A stretch of 64,000 bases of DNA from a virus: IMG/VR virus record IMGVR_UViG_3300037851_000570, positions 1 through 64,000 of that record; one strand, written 5' to 3'. Under the pieces are notes generated by a model, which did not search any database, had not been told where the DNA came from, and saw nothing but the letters and a program-made list of their open reading frames with translations. Positions 49,075 through 59,287 of this stretch are shown piece by piece. Position 1 is the stretch's first letter. Every line of letters starts with the position of its first letter. The position numbers and the translations under genes were made by a program.

Positions 49075-52000
49075 GGCACCCCCAGTAGCTTCATGGTGGC
49101 GACCCCCGGTGAGGGGTCAGAGGTGACCGATGGGTTGTCCACAACGACCACACCGCATGAGATGTAGTCGGTGATCAAAAAGATCCCGTCGTTCACCCCA
49201 CCCGGAGAATCCGAGATGCTAAGGTACGTACCGACCATACCCGGGCTGAAGGCATCTCCTACCAGTGACGGAGTCTCACCCGTAATCTGGACCCGGAACG
49301 TCGATGAACCGCCATGGTAGTTCGGCCAAACGTTGTGCCACACCGCGCGCTGCAACCGAGGACGTACGACTCTTCCCGGCACTCCAAAAAGCGCCGACAA
49401 TGCGGGTTTCGTCCCATCCAGTCTCTTGAGCTGAAGCTGCGTCTCGGAGATCTCCAGCGAGTCCGGCAGAACTAGCCAGCCAACCGCGCCGTTGTGGCTG
49501 TCGGCCCCCGTACTGAAAGTGCTGTAGACCTTGAGCGACGTCGCGCTCACAAACCCTGTGACGCGGAAACGGCCGTTGTGGTCAGAGTTGGTCAGCTCCA
49601 AGAACTTCCCGACGTCGTCTACAGTACGGCCCGTAAGACCAGTGACTGTAGCTTCGCTGGTCGCCCAAGTGATGCTGGCAGCCGCGCCCCCGACCTCGAG
49701 ACCGTCGATGACGTATTCCTCCTTCTGGTTCTCCAGCACCAGGTGGTCTCCCGGCATCACGTTGTTGGATTTGAACAAGGCACTGGTGCCAGTCACGAGC
49801 CCGCTGGCCGAAACATCCAGAGTCGCGTAGGCGAGCAGGGTCGCACACTGTCGCCGGATGACCGAAGCGGTAAGCCCGGTGCCATACTCGAACAGGTCTA
49901 CGTCAAGAGCTGGCCCCTGTGTCTCTACGGGCTCCGACAAGGGGGCGGCCCTCAAAAGCTTCAGAACGGTAGGGCTCACGACCTCTTTGATCTCGTAGTT
50001 CACCGGGTTCATGACACCGGCGCCTGGCTGGCCCTGATGGATGTGGAGAAGGTCCCCCTCGATGCGAGAAGGGCCAACAAGGGCCTGCTCGGCACGTACC
50101 AGGGAACCCCAGCCAGACGCTGAGGTTGCCAGAACATCGCTCCCATCATCGCTGGTAGCCAGATCTCGGACCGTCTTCAACACCCGGGTGTGGTAGGGGC
50201 GAGAGTTGAGATGCCACAGCGTCACGCCCTGGTGGTTGTCGTCGGTGGCTCGATTGGTAGCCTCCAGTCCAGTGACGTTGTCGTAGAACTTGAGACGGAT
50301 GGCGCCACCGACCTCGTCCTCGACGCTGATATCGTCTTCCAGGGAGTGCAGAAGAGTGGCGATGACTCGGGTGTAGGTTGGCTTGATGGCCTTCACGAAG
50401 TCCAATGCAAACTGAACGTCGTCTGAATCGAACACCGCGCTGTCGACCACGATTTTGAAGACGAAGTACTTCAGCACCTCCAGACCATAGAGTGACCGCG
50501 TCCACCAGTCCGGGACCTTGACGTAGTCCTGAACGTCAACACCCTTGCAGATCGGCACAAACGCCTCGAGCGTATCGCCGACCGTGTAGGCGACGCCGGT
50601 GGCCGGGTTGATCTCCAGGCCTACGGCCATCGGGTAGAAGTAGATCCTCCGATTCCCGGTGAGCTTCCAGTTGTTGTCCAGGTCCTCTACCAGCACACGC
50701 CCGAAGGAATCCCCGTCGCTGTTGGTGGTGAAGTCCTCCTGGTGCTCGAGGATTAGACCCTTCTCTTCTGTGAAGGGCAGGCCCAACAAAATCTGCATGC
50801 CAAGACGGATGTTGTTGACCGTCGGGCCATTGGCATACGAGAAGATCAGACCTTTGACCGCGCTGAGATATGGAGCCCGAGTCTGCTTCGCATTGAGGTC
50901 ATCCTGCTTCAGGTTGACCAAGCGACCGAAGTTCTCCTCTACTCGGTCCGAGTTGTCCAAGAGCGCGAGCTCGGCCCAGAAGTCCTCCGGAGAATGCGCT
51001 TTCGGGGAGAACAGCCCGCTGACAAACCGTACCATCCCCTCTTCGACCGTGTAGTCCAAGTTCTCGAGCAGAATCGTCGGGGGGTCGGCCGGGGTCTCCT
51101 GAAGAGCTGGCAAGCTCACCAGACTCTTGTCGATGGCCGTCGCACGGTTGTGGATGACCTGCTTAGCCTTCATCGAGAACTTGTAGGGGCCGAAGTTTCG
51201 CTGCGCGAGATTGATGCCTGGTGGAAGGAACGAGATGAAGGTCTCGGCGAATGCCGAGACATCCTGATCCGAGGCCTGGCCGGGCACCAGACGAAGGTCT
51301 TGAACCAGCTGCTTGAACAGGTCTCGCTCGACATCCATCCCCGAACGGTTCCGCTCCACCCAAGAGATCGCTGGGTTTCCGCTGTCGGCCCCAGAAGCCA
51401 AGGGGTTACGAATCGTTACGCTCGTCTCGTCGATGAACGAGAGGATCTTGTAGGTGCCGGGGTTGTCACCGTTGAGAATCTGTAGAGAGCCACCGATGCT
51501 GGTAGGCAGCATACCGGTCAGGCCACTGACCGTCACGACTCCACCGGATGCTACGATGCTGGCCGCGGCGCCCGAGTTGGTCGAGGCCGCCAGATCTTCG
51601 GTCGTGAACTCGAAAGCAAGGCGATCCCCCGCGGCTCCCACGACCCTGGCCCGGAGCTCGGCACTGAGCTTGACGTCGTTGCGGGTAACCTCGAGAACCA
51701 GCACATCCCCTTCCGACACCCCTCGCGCCTGGAATTGCGCGCCTGGCACATGCAGCAAGTGTGAAAGACGCCAAGAGGCCCCGACAACCCCGTCGGGAAG
51801 AGTGGCGTTTCGAAGGAACACTACGGAGTAGGGGCGCCCGATGATGAAGGATTGACTGGTCTCAGCTTGGAAGCTGGGAAGGGGACCACCCGGTGGGTCC
51901 GTTAGGTATGCCACTGCAACTTGGGTCGTCGAGACGCTCTTGACCAAGTAGGTGCCGGCGTTCTCGCCGCTTCGAATGACCAGGCGGTCGCCTGCCTGCA

Positions 52001-52937
52001 CACCATCAGCCACAAAGTCAGTAGGGAGCTCTACCGTGCCGACCGACGACAGAATGTTGGTCCCCAGAGCCGTGTCGCCGTCGTTGTTGGTAGAGAGCAG
52101 CAGGCCTTTGTTGGCAACCCGCTCGATGATGTGGCCGACGCCATCGACGCACAGAAGCCGACCTTTGGCGCCGAAGTTGCCGTTGAGGTTCGTAAAGTCG
52201 GTGCGGTCACCGTCTCCGGGTTGTCCGAGCGGGACGTAGAAGACCGATGTGGCACCAGTCCCAGGCGTCTGGCCGATGTTGCCGGTGCGGCCGTTGGTGC
52301 CGGCGTCAGTCTTGCCGACGATGATGCGCTGGTCCTTGTAGGGCGTGAGGTCCGTACGCATCGACACACGCTGCCAACGGCGCTGCTTGACCGGCTGGAT
52401 AGAGGCCAGGGACTTGTTGAGATCGTGGTCCCACAGCGTCAGGAGCTCCGAGCCGATGAGCTGCAGAACCCCCGACCAGATCGTGGTGATCTTCTCCCGA
52501 TCCTCGACCAGCGCCCAGAAGTCCGAGATGTAGTTCCAGAGAAACTGCGCATCCGGGACGATGTTCTCCCCAACTGGGACCTGGCAGTACTGGATGAAGA
52601 TCGAGGCCGTGACCGGCAGGCTGGCGTACTCGCCATCGTCTACTACGAGCTCGACTACATAGTTGCCGACTTTGTCGGGGATGAACGATACCGCCGACGA
52701 CCGAGGACGAAGAACCTTGAAGCCGGTATCTTCGACGGTGCTGCCGATAGGCACCTGTCGAAAGTTCCAGTAGTAGTTCAGGGGTCGCTTCTCGGGGTCG
52801 TAGCTCTTCCGACCGTCCAGCTGAACGATGGATCCTAAGAGCGCGGTGATGTTGGTGCGGGCCAGAACAGCTACCGGCGACTCGTCGGCAGGGCCGTACG
52901 TGTACGTCGTGAACTTCTGTCCCGATACTGGTGACAT
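49071..52937 (-). CDS. large tail/baseplate-associated protein with N-terminal PKD/Ig-like domain (1288 aa)
   Basis: LDGRKSYDPEKRPLNYYWNFRQVPIGSTVEDTGFKVLRPRSSAVSFIPDKVGNYVVELVVDDGEYAS follows the PKD-domain pattern. There are several copies of the GDxhxhxxGxNxGxYxh motif. Confidence 0.75.
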   Translation of the reverse strand: MSPVSGQKFTTYTYGPADESPVAVLARTNITALLGSIVQLDGRKSYDPEKRPLNYYWNFRQVPIGSTVEDTGFKVLRPRSSAVSFIPDKVGNYVVELVVDDGEYASLPVTASIFIQYCQVPVGENIVPDAQFLWNYISDFWALVEDREKITTIWSGVLQLIGSELLTLWDHDLNKSLASIQPVKQRRWQRVSMRTDLTPYKDQRIIVGKTDAGTNGRTGNIGQTPGTGATSVFYVPLGQPGDGDRTDFTNLNGNFGAKGRLLCVDGVGHIIERVANKGLLLSTNNDGDTALGTNILSSVGTVELPTDFVADGVQAGDRLVIRSGENAGTYLVKSVSTTQVAVAYLTDPPGGPLPSFQAETSQSFIIGRPYSVVFLRNATLPDGVVGASWRLSHLLHVPGAQFQARGVSEGDVLVLEVTRNDVKLSAELRARVVGAAGDRLAFEFTTEDLAASTNSGAAASIVASGGVVTVSGLTGMLPTSIGGSLQILNGDNPGTYKILSFIDETSVTIRNPLASGADSGNPAISWVERNRSGMDVERDLFKQLVQDLRLVPGQASDQDVSAFAETFISFLPPGINLAQRNFGPYKFSMKAKQVIHNRATAIDKSLVSLPALQETPADPPTILLENLDYTVEEGMVRFVSGLFSPKAHSPEDFWAELALLDNSDRVEENFGRLVNLKQDDLNAKQTRAPYLSAVKGLIFSYANGPTVNNIRLGMQILLGLPFTEEKGLILEHQEDFTTNSDGDSFGRVLVEDLDNNWKLTGNRRIYFYPMAVGLEINPATGVAYTVGDTLEAFVPICKGVDVQDYVKVPDWWTRSLYGLEVLKYFVFKIVVDSAVFDSDDVQFALDFVKAIKPTYTRVIATLLHSLEDDISVEDEVGGAIRLKFYDNVTGLEATNRATDDNHQGVTLWHLNSRPYHTRVLKTVRDLATSDDGSDVLATSASGWGSLVRAEQALVGPSRIEGDLLHIHQGQPGAGVMNPVNYEIKEVVSPTVLKLLRAAPLSEPVETQGPALDVDLFEYGTGLTASVIRRQCATLLAYATLDVSASGLVTGTSALFKSNNVMPGDHLVLENQKEEYVIDGLEVGGAAASITWATSEATVTGLTGRTVDDVGKFLELTNSDHNGRFRVTGFVSATSLKVYSTFSTGADSHNGAVGWLVLPDSLEISETQLQLKRLDGTKPALSALFGVPGRVVRPRLQRAVWHNVWPNYHGGSSTFRVQITGETPSLVGDAFSPGMVGTYLSISDSPGGVNDGIFLITDYISCGVVVVDNPSVTSDPSPGVATMKLLGVP

Positions 52938-55900
52938 TAGGTGGTGTCTCCCAACTCTAACAGCACATTCACCGAGTGCTCAACCCGAGCCTTCAGTTCT
53001 TCTTCAGAAAGCGCCGGGAGGAACGAGAAGTCAAACCCTCTCGAGATCGATAGCGACACATGACTCCATTGACTGACGGTCTTGATACTGTCAGCCGCCT
53101 TGTGCCCAAAAACAACTCTTGGAGTTCCCCCGGACGACGGAGCAAAAGAGCAGAGGTCTGTGTTGAGCTCGATGACGGGCCGCACGGAGTCGTCGACAAA
53201 AAGCCGTGTCTTTCCTCCAATCGTCTTGATCATCCGATAGAGGTGGAACATAGACCAGTCCAGGGGAACGAATGTACCCACCGAGCTAGGTACCCCAGAT
53301 CGGATGGCTAGCAAGGACTCCTCGTCATCCGAAGAGAGGGCCAAGAACACAATTTTGCCGTACGGAGGTCCGGCGTCTGCAAAGCATAGTCGGAGCTCGT
53401 TGGTGTCGTCGACAACCGCAACCACCATTCCAGTCAACGAGCGTATCGGGTTTAGCTCTTCGCCTACCTCGTAAGAGACAACCCGAGCTCGAAACTCGAG
53501 AGCAAAACCAGAATCGGCCTGCAGACCGGACGTGTAGTTCTTCCTGATACGGATGCTATCCGCGTCCGTTGTATCGGCCAGCTCAATATACTCGCGGTCC
53601 GGTGACACGGTGGTGGAGCCCGCTCCTTCGGGAACCCAGTCAGCCGGAAGTGGATCGTCTGTAGAGCGAACCATCGAGATGTTGCACGAGTACCGCAGAG
53701 CTGACAGCCGAAGTCGAGCGAGAGCCCCGCCTGGGGTCGCGTTGTGCAGGAACCCGAGCCCTGGTCCTGGGAGGGTCGTCACGGGGAGAGCCGAGTACGC
53801 AACGCTCAAAACGTACTCAGGCTTCAGCCCTTCGCCCAACACCAATCGGTAGAGATCAACTGTGCCGGCTGGGTTAAAGACGATGCGGTAAAAAACCTCA
53901 ACTTCGAAGTTTTGGACGACGGCCGAGTAGGAGTTCAGCAACTCGGGGTGGGCGGAGTCCGCCAAGAGCCCAACGTACTGGGTGCCGGAGTTCGTCTGGA
54001 GGAACCCCAACCGCGTACACCTGTCTCCGTCATCTATGAAGAACTCGACCCCGGAAGACTCCACTCCGCTCGCCAGCTCGAGTGCCTTCACCGAAACCTT
54101 GAAGTCGAAGACCGTGATATTGGGAAGCGCCAACTCCGTTCTCGTAAACCCGATGCTCTTCCCCATCGTGGTGCGGTCGACGACCAGCTGTCCGGCCTCG
54201 AGATGGTAGGCACCACCAACTCCACCCGGAAAGGTGCTGGGTAAAGGCTTCCAAGGCTGCTCGGCCTTCTCGGGCACCGCCGTTGGGAGGTACTCGACCA
54301 AGCTGTCGGTTCGGAGAAACCCAGTAACTCCTCCCGAGAAGAGGCCAGATTCCACAACGCATTCTGTGTAGTTGTAGAAGGCGACAAACTTCCATCGGCT
54401 GATGCTCTGAGAGGTCGTGCCGCCTACATGCCCAAAGAATGCCCAAGGCGTGTTCTCTCGAATCTCCTCAGCTGGAAGATCCGGGAAGTCACCAACCAAA
54501 CCGGAAACCAGAAGCCGGTCCTCAACATCACCATCTCCAGAGCTCACGTAGAGCCGCACTCGATCCCTCGCAGGATCCCACAATAGCTTGTAGGTCAGAT
54601 AGAGGTCATCCCACGGCAAGTCTTTGGCATAGGACAAGTTTGGTGGAGTGGTCACCAGCCGACCAGCGCTCTGGACAACGACACCCGTAGCAAAGAAGTA
54701 CGTTCCACCGTTGTAGAGCTTGACCGATATGCCCTTGTTGCCTGCCATCAGGCCAAAAGCTACACCGGTGAAGCCGTCAGGGGCCGTAGCGACCTCGGAG
54801 GCTTTCAGTTTCAACTTCACTTCCATCATCAGAGGGGACTCGGTTTCGGCTGGGGCCTCGAGCCCACCAAAAAAGTACGTGGCCTCCTGCAATACAATTG
54901 GGAACTCGAGCTTGGAGAGAACCAGTGCCCCGTCGATGTCGATCTCTCGGGTGGCGCCCCGATCTGGAGTAGTTCCACCGAACTCCTCCAGGTAGAAATG
55001 GACATCCTGATAATCTTCAGGACGGGAGCCGCCGTCATAATGACACCGCCCTGTCCCGAAGTACGCTCTCACGGCCGCTCGGTCTATCTCGGCCAACGCC
55101 GCCCTGGCTGAGAACCGGAAAGGCTCCAGGGTCCCAACAGCCGATCCCGGTTGTGGAGTCCTATTGACAGCTTGCGGAGCGTCGCTGACAGCCGCAACAC
55201 CACCCCAAGTCATAGCTGTCAATGCGGTAGTTGGGGTGATTCGCTGTGCCTCTGCTTCTGCACCCAGCTCAATCAAACTGTCGGCATCGGCCGTTCTTAC
55301 AACTTCTGGCTCGGCATCAGCATCAAACGAGAACTCCGTGTCGGCGGCAACATTCTCGAAAGTCGCAGCCTTGAGCTCTGTACCCAACAGCATCAACAGC
55401 GTCTGTGAATAGATGGGAGACTGCGGGTAGCCGGGCTCGTTCTTCTGATCAAAGCTGTACGACGGGCTGGCCACCGAAACAGGGGCTAGTCCCGAGAAGA
55501 TGTACGGGTAGTGATTGGATCCGCTGGTGCCGTAACCGGCACCATAGATCGTGCTGTATCGGTCGATTCCCGCTACAGTGTCACGAATCCGGTGGTAAGC
55601 GAAGGTCCCACCAAACCGCGCACGGGAACGAGCGAAGTAGAACAGGTATTCATTAACCTCCGGCGAGACAGCCGGAGCTCCTGATTCCAGAGTATTCCAC
55701 GTTCCAGTGTTGAAAAACTGTTGGTCTCCCGCTGTAAGCTCTGCTTTCCAAGTCTTCAGGCTACTGAGGCAGATCACAAAGATGCTGGACCGAGAGATCG
55801 TCGGGTAGCTCGCTGAGTCTTTCCTAGCGCCTTCGATCCCAAAAGTCGTGGATACCGCCGAGGGGGCAGCCAAGTATTTCGCTACGCAAAGGTGCGTACT

Positions 55901-58897
55901 TTGCCCCACTGTGAGGCCGTCGAAGTACACGGTTTCGGCTTCGACATCTACGTCGTCCCTCTGCAGTCGAACACGACTTTCTCCCGCATTCTGCCCGGAG
56001 TCATAGAGTGTCAGACTGGCCAGAACCAAGTAGTCGCTGGTCCCATCCGGTGTGAACGTCAACGAGGTATGACGTAGGAAAGTCGGGTGCAGAGGGCTCG
56101 ACGCTGGAGTTGTATTTTCAGCGTATAGCCACCCTTTGTTGCTTTCGGGAAACTCGGTCGGGTAGGCGTCGAGGTCGATGGCGACAAGTCGGATGTCGGT
56201 GACGTAAGTACTGATTGACGAGATAGCGTGCTTCTGCCCATAGAGCTGCAGCCCGTCGCCGGACCCTGTTCCTGTAATCCGTGCCATCATGAAAGCAGGG
56301 ACCAGGCTTGTGGAGTCGTGAGACTCTTGGCTGGTAGTGACCGCAGCACCGTTGAATCGCAGTTGGGTCGCACAATACTCTGAGGTCTTACCGAAGACCG
56401 CCTGAGAAAAAGTCGCCAAGACAAGATGACGGTGCCCGTTTGCAAGCTTGAAGCCGGGAATCGTTGCCAACAACAACCATGAGGGGGAGTTCGGGAACGC
56501 GCTCGAGGCCCCATTCGTCTGAGTTTGAGCGTAGGGTAGGAACTTTCTTGTTTGAGCAGTGTACTTGACCTCGGTTGAAACAGCCGCCAGGACCCCGTAG
56601 TAGATGTACTGCGGGGAGCTCCCCGAGGTATTGCGCTGGATTTGAAGTTCGTAGCTATCGGACCCTTTTGCCACGTCCAACGTTGCGATTGCCGGACCAT
56701 AGAAGTCGCCGATGTCCGATGTGTTGCTAAACTGCTGGGTATCGAGAACAGTAGACGCCGGGCCTCGAAGCAGCCTCTTGTTGAGAAGATCTCCACTGGT
56801 GACCCAGTAGTACGCCTGTATGAAGTTGAAGACTAGGAAGTTGTCTCCTACCGACGCCAAAGAAGGTGTCACCGAGCCGATCGACTGCCAATCGGTACTT
56901 GGAGTAGTGATCACGGGAGAGCCATTGTAGAGGGCTGCGTGCTTTACGAAAGTGTCGAGCCGAATAACAATGACCCGAGAGTAATCGATGAAGCCGCTTG
57001 ACCCGGCCCCCAAGTACCCGTCGTAACTTATTCTGGTGGGGGTTGGAATTGGTCTTTTGAGAGTCCACATCTCCAGATTGACGTACTTTTCATTCCCATC
57101 GGCTTGGTGGACGCGATAGGTCAACATTCCTCCCGTATCGAAACCGATCCCGAAATAAGCATGCGTTAAGAGAGCTATGTTTCGGGCGCGACCAACCCCG
57201 ATTATCAAGTAGTCGCTCACTCCATCGGGAGTAAACGTCAGAGAGCAGTGCGGAGTTCTAGTAGTGTTTAGAGTAACTGCTGTGTCGTTTGATGCCCACT
57301 GCCACCCATTCACACTATCTTGCGGAAAATCAGTGCCGTTCACATCAAGGTCGATTGCCACGACCCTGAGATTCCGAATCGCTCCCATGACCGAACTGGA
57401 GTACGCCGACAGAGTAATTCCAGTGCCCGACCCTGTACCGGTAATGCGCTCCATGCAATGAGAGGCCGTGTACTCGGCGTGGCCCAGCTTCATGGTCTGT
57501 TCAGTAGCCAGCAAGGTCGATCCGTTGAAGTTGAGCCTCCAGGACAAGAGCCCAGCATTCGATTGCTTAATCTCGGCGTAGGCCAACACCAAGTAGCGGT
57601 GTCCGTCAATCAGTTTGTAGCCCGGGATCGTGACGTAATCGACGTATGAAGTCGTCATCGTGCCGCCGCTGCCGGTGGCTGTGATGACGGGCAGGTAGGT
57701 CTTGGCCTGCGGGGCGTACTCAACCTCGGCCTTTAGAGCGACCAAGGTGTGCTGGTAGAAGTACGCCGGCTCATTCGTGATAGCGTCACGCTTGAACTGA
57801 AGCTCGTAGCTGTTGGCCCCATTGGCGGTGTCAAGCGTACAGAAGAATGGTCCGTGGTTGTCCCAGGTGTAGCGGTGCCAGCAGGATGACCCGATGACTG
57901 CTTGGGTGGCACCAGGATTCCGTAGAACCTGTTCACTGATGGTTCCCAGCTCACTTTGCCAGTAGTTCGCTCGGATATGCGAGAAGATCAAGAACTGGTC
58001 TCCTGCAACTGCAGCAGGAGATGGTGTGATAGACGTGGCAGACTGCCAGGACGTGCCGGTCGTGTACGCCGGGTTGTTCGTTGTTCCTGCTCGTTTGGTG
58101 AAGGTGTCGAGCCGAAGAACCAGGACGTGTGCCCCGGTCAACGCAACGCTGGATGAGGCACTTACCCGCGCCGTCAACGAGACGACCGTTGGAGACTTGG
58201 GGAAGCGGATCACCTTGGGAGAAATGAGCGTGATGTAGTCGTCGCAGCTGTAAGCTGTCCCGAAAACTTGGTAGTAGTCCGAGTTGGATGGAGCCCCGTC
58301 CACCCCGACACCAAGGTAGACCACAGGATTGTCGCTCGCCCCAGGATGAACCGTTCCGCTGACAATAACCAGGTAGTCGCCGCCGTCCGGGGTGAACTGT
58401 GGTGTAGAGGCGTAGGAGGCCCACGAAGTCGTGAGGGTTTGGCTGCCGTCGTTCGCAGCCCACAACCAACCGTTCGCGCTCTGTTGTGGAAGATCGGTGT
58501 TGTTGACATCAAGGTCAACGGCAACGATTCGAAGATTGCGGATCTGCCCTCCAGCTAAAGACGGGCAATAGGCACCAAGCTGAAGTCCAGACCCGGAGCC
58601 GCTCGGGAGCTGATAGAGCTCATGTGTCTGGCAAGAGAGAAACCGCCCGTAGGAGTCGAAGTTGTACGGACGGTTGACCTGCGGCAGTTCGACCCCGTTG
58701 TACCGGACGCTGGCCCGCACCGTGTAGTCCGAACCTCCGTAGGTCCCTACCGACTGCAACTCGCAGTATGACAAGATCAGGTAGCGATGCCCCACCGTGA
58801 ACGAGGTATCCGGGATCGTCAGATACGGAGTCCACGAGGTTCCGGGCGAGTAGGTGCCGGCATCGGATGCCTGGTGGACTGGAAGGGTTGTCGCCAT
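52937..58897 (-). CDS. giant adhesin-like fibre protein (1986 aa): nine tandem beta-sandwich-like domains followed by LamG-like jelly-roll region
   Basis: Aa 1-1178 are three ~390-aa super-repeats, each made of three ~130-aa subdomains. The C-terminal 800 aa contain three segments ending in the W/F-h-h...LY/LF-V-D-type pattern (RVRLYVSSGDG; TVDLYRLVLGEG; KTRLFVDDSVRPV). Confidence 0.8.
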   Translation of the reverse strand: MATTLPVHQASDAGTYSPGTSWTPYLTIPDTSFTVGHRYLILSYCELQSVGTYGGSDYTVRASVRYNGVELPQVNRPYNFDSYGRFLSCQTHELYQLPSGSGSGLQLGAYCPSLAGGQIRNLRIVAVDLDVNNTDLPQQSANGWLWAANDGSQTLTTSWASYASTPQFTPDGGDYLVIVSGTVHPGASDNPVVYLGVGVDGAPSNSDYYQVFGTAYSCDDYITLISPKVIRFPKSPTVVSLTARVSASSSVALTGAHVLVLRLDTFTKRAGTTNNPAYTTGTSWQSATSITPSPAAVAGDQFLIFSHIRANYWQSELGTISEQVLRNPGATQAVIGSSCWHRYTWDNHGPFFCTLDTANGANSYELQFKRDAITNEPAYFYQHTLVALKAEVEYAPQAKTYLPVITATGSGGTMTTSYVDYVTIPGYKLIDGHRYLVLAYAEIKQSNAGLLSWRLNFNGSTLLATEQTMKLGHAEYTASHCMERITGTGSGTGITLSAYSSSVMGAIRNLRVVAIDLDVNGTDFPQDSVNGWQWASNDTAVTLNTTRTPHCSLTFTPDGVSDYLIIGVGRARNIALLTHAYFGIGFDTGGMLTYRVHQADGNEKYVNLEMWTLKRPIPTPTRISYDGYLGAGSSGFIDYSRVIVIRLDTFVKHAALYNGSPVITTPSTDWQSIGSVTPSLASVGDNFLVFNFIQAYYWVTSGDLLNKRLLRGPASTVLDTQQFSNTSDIGDFYGPAIATLDVAKGSDSYELQIQRNTSGSSPQYIYYGVLAAVSTEVKYTAQTRKFLPYAQTQTNGASSAFPNSPSWLLLATIPGFKLANGHRHLVLATFSQAVFGKTSEYCATQLRFNGAAVTTSQESHDSTSLVPAFMMARITGTGSGDGLQLYGQKHAISSISTYVTDIRLVAIDLDAYPTEFPESNKGWLYAENTTPASSPLHPTFLRHTSLTFTPDGTSDYLVLASLTLYDSGQNAGESRVRLQRDDVDVEAETVYFDGLTVGQSTHLCVAKYLAAPSAVSTTFGIEGARKDSASYPTISRSSIFVICLSSLKTWKAELTAGDQQFFNTGTWNTLESGAPAVSPEVNEYLFYFARSRARFGGTFAYHRIRDTVAGIDRYSTIYGAGYGTSGSNHYPYIFSGLAPVSVASPSYSFDQKNEPGYPQSPIYSQTLLMLLGTELKAATFENVAADTEFSFDADAEPEVVRTADADSLIELGAEAEAQRITPTTALTAMTWGGVAAVSDAPQAVNRTPQPGSAVGTLEPFRFSARAALAEIDRAAVRAYFGTGRCHYDGGSRPEDYQDVHFYLEEFGGTTPDRGATREIDIDGALVLSKLEFPIVLQEATYFFGGLEAPAETESPLMMEVKLKLKASEVATAPDGFTGVAFGLMAGNKGISVKLYNGGTYFFATGVVVQSAGRLVTTPPNLSYAKDLPWDDLYLTYKLLWDPARDRVRLYVSSGDGDVEDRLLVSGLVGDFPDLPAEEIRENTPWAFFGHVGGTTSQSISRWKFVAFYNYTECVVESGLFSGGVTGFLRTDSLVEYLPTAVPEKAEQPWKPLPSTFPGGVGGAYHLEAGQLVVDRTTMGKSIGFTRTELALPNITVFDFKVSVKALELASGVESSGVEFFIDDGDRCTRLGFLQTNSGTQYVGLLADSAHPELLNSYSAVVQNFEVEVFYRIVFNPAGTVDLYRLVLGEGLKPEYVLSVAYSALPVTTLPGPGLGFLHNATPGGALARLRLSALRYSCNISMVRSTDDPLPADWVPEGAGSTTVSPDREYIELADTTDADSIRIRKNYTSGLQADSGFALEFRARVVSYEVGEELNPIRSLTGMVVAVVDDTNELRLCFADAGPPYGKIVFLALSSDDEESLLAIRSGVPSSVGTFVPLDWSMFHLYRMIKTIGGKTRLFVDDSVRPVIELNTDLCSFAPSSGGTPRVVFGHKAADSIKTVSQWSHVSLSISRGFDFSFLPALSEEELKARVEHSVNVLLELGDTT
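55364..58897 (-). repeat. protein-level tandem repeat array, 3 x (A-B-C) domains
   Basis: Super-repeat boundaries are about 58897-57713, 57712-56543 and 56542-55364. Anchors: GHRYLILSY / GHRYLVLAY / GHRHLVLAT; RIVAVDLDVNNTD / RVVAIDLDVNGTD / RLVAIDLDAYPTE; QFTPDGGDYLVIV / TFTPDGVSDYLII / TFTPDGTSDYLVL; VLVLRLDTF / VIVIRLDTF. The copies are diverged (roughly 30-40 % identity by eye), so there is no DNA-level repeat. Confidence 0.75.
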
Positions 58898-58900
58898 CGG

Positions 58901-59287
58901 TCAGTCGCAGGTGATGGTCATCTGCCCCGTGGGGATTCGAAGAATGTCTCCCGATTCGATCAGCTTCGAAGGGGTCAGCGTACCGAAGATCACTGGCGTG
59001 GCGCCGTCATACAAGACCCACCACCCCAATGTCCCCCAGCTGCCATTCGCAGTGGGGAACGTGAAGTCGGCACCGTTCGTCTTCGGGCCTCCCAGGGGGG
59101 CATTGGGGAAGTTGGCGGTGTTGTTGGTGATAGACACCCTGGCGTAGCCGCCTCCGCTCGGTTCTGTGATTCCAGAACCATTCTCCTGTGGCTCAGTAGT
59201 CGATGCTGCAAGGCTAAACGAGGCGGGTGTACCGCTGCCGAACAGATTGTCCAGAACCACGGTTTCATATGCGTTGAACAGACTCAT
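58901..59287 (-). CDS. small conserved phage beta-protein adjacent to fibre genes (128 aa)
   Basis: MSLFNAYETVVLDNLFGSGTPASFSLAASTTEPQENGSGITEPSGGGYARVSITNNTANF... has the layout of a small-protein family frequently encoded beside tail-fibre genes. That family link is from memory and has not been searched. GGAGGG RBS. Confidence 0.7.
   Translation of the reverse strand: MSLFNAYETVVLDNLFGSGTPASFSLAASTTEPQENGSGITEPSGGGYARVSITNNTANFPNAPLGGPKTNGADFTFPTANGSWGTLGWWVLYDGATPVIFGTLTPSKLIESGDILRIPTGQMTITCD

Noticed and set aside
38624-58897. Diversity-generating retroelement acting on the fibre genes
   Set aside because: There is no reverse transcriptase ORF, and I saw no template/variable nucleotide repeat pair. 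The repeats are ancient and exist at the protein level only.
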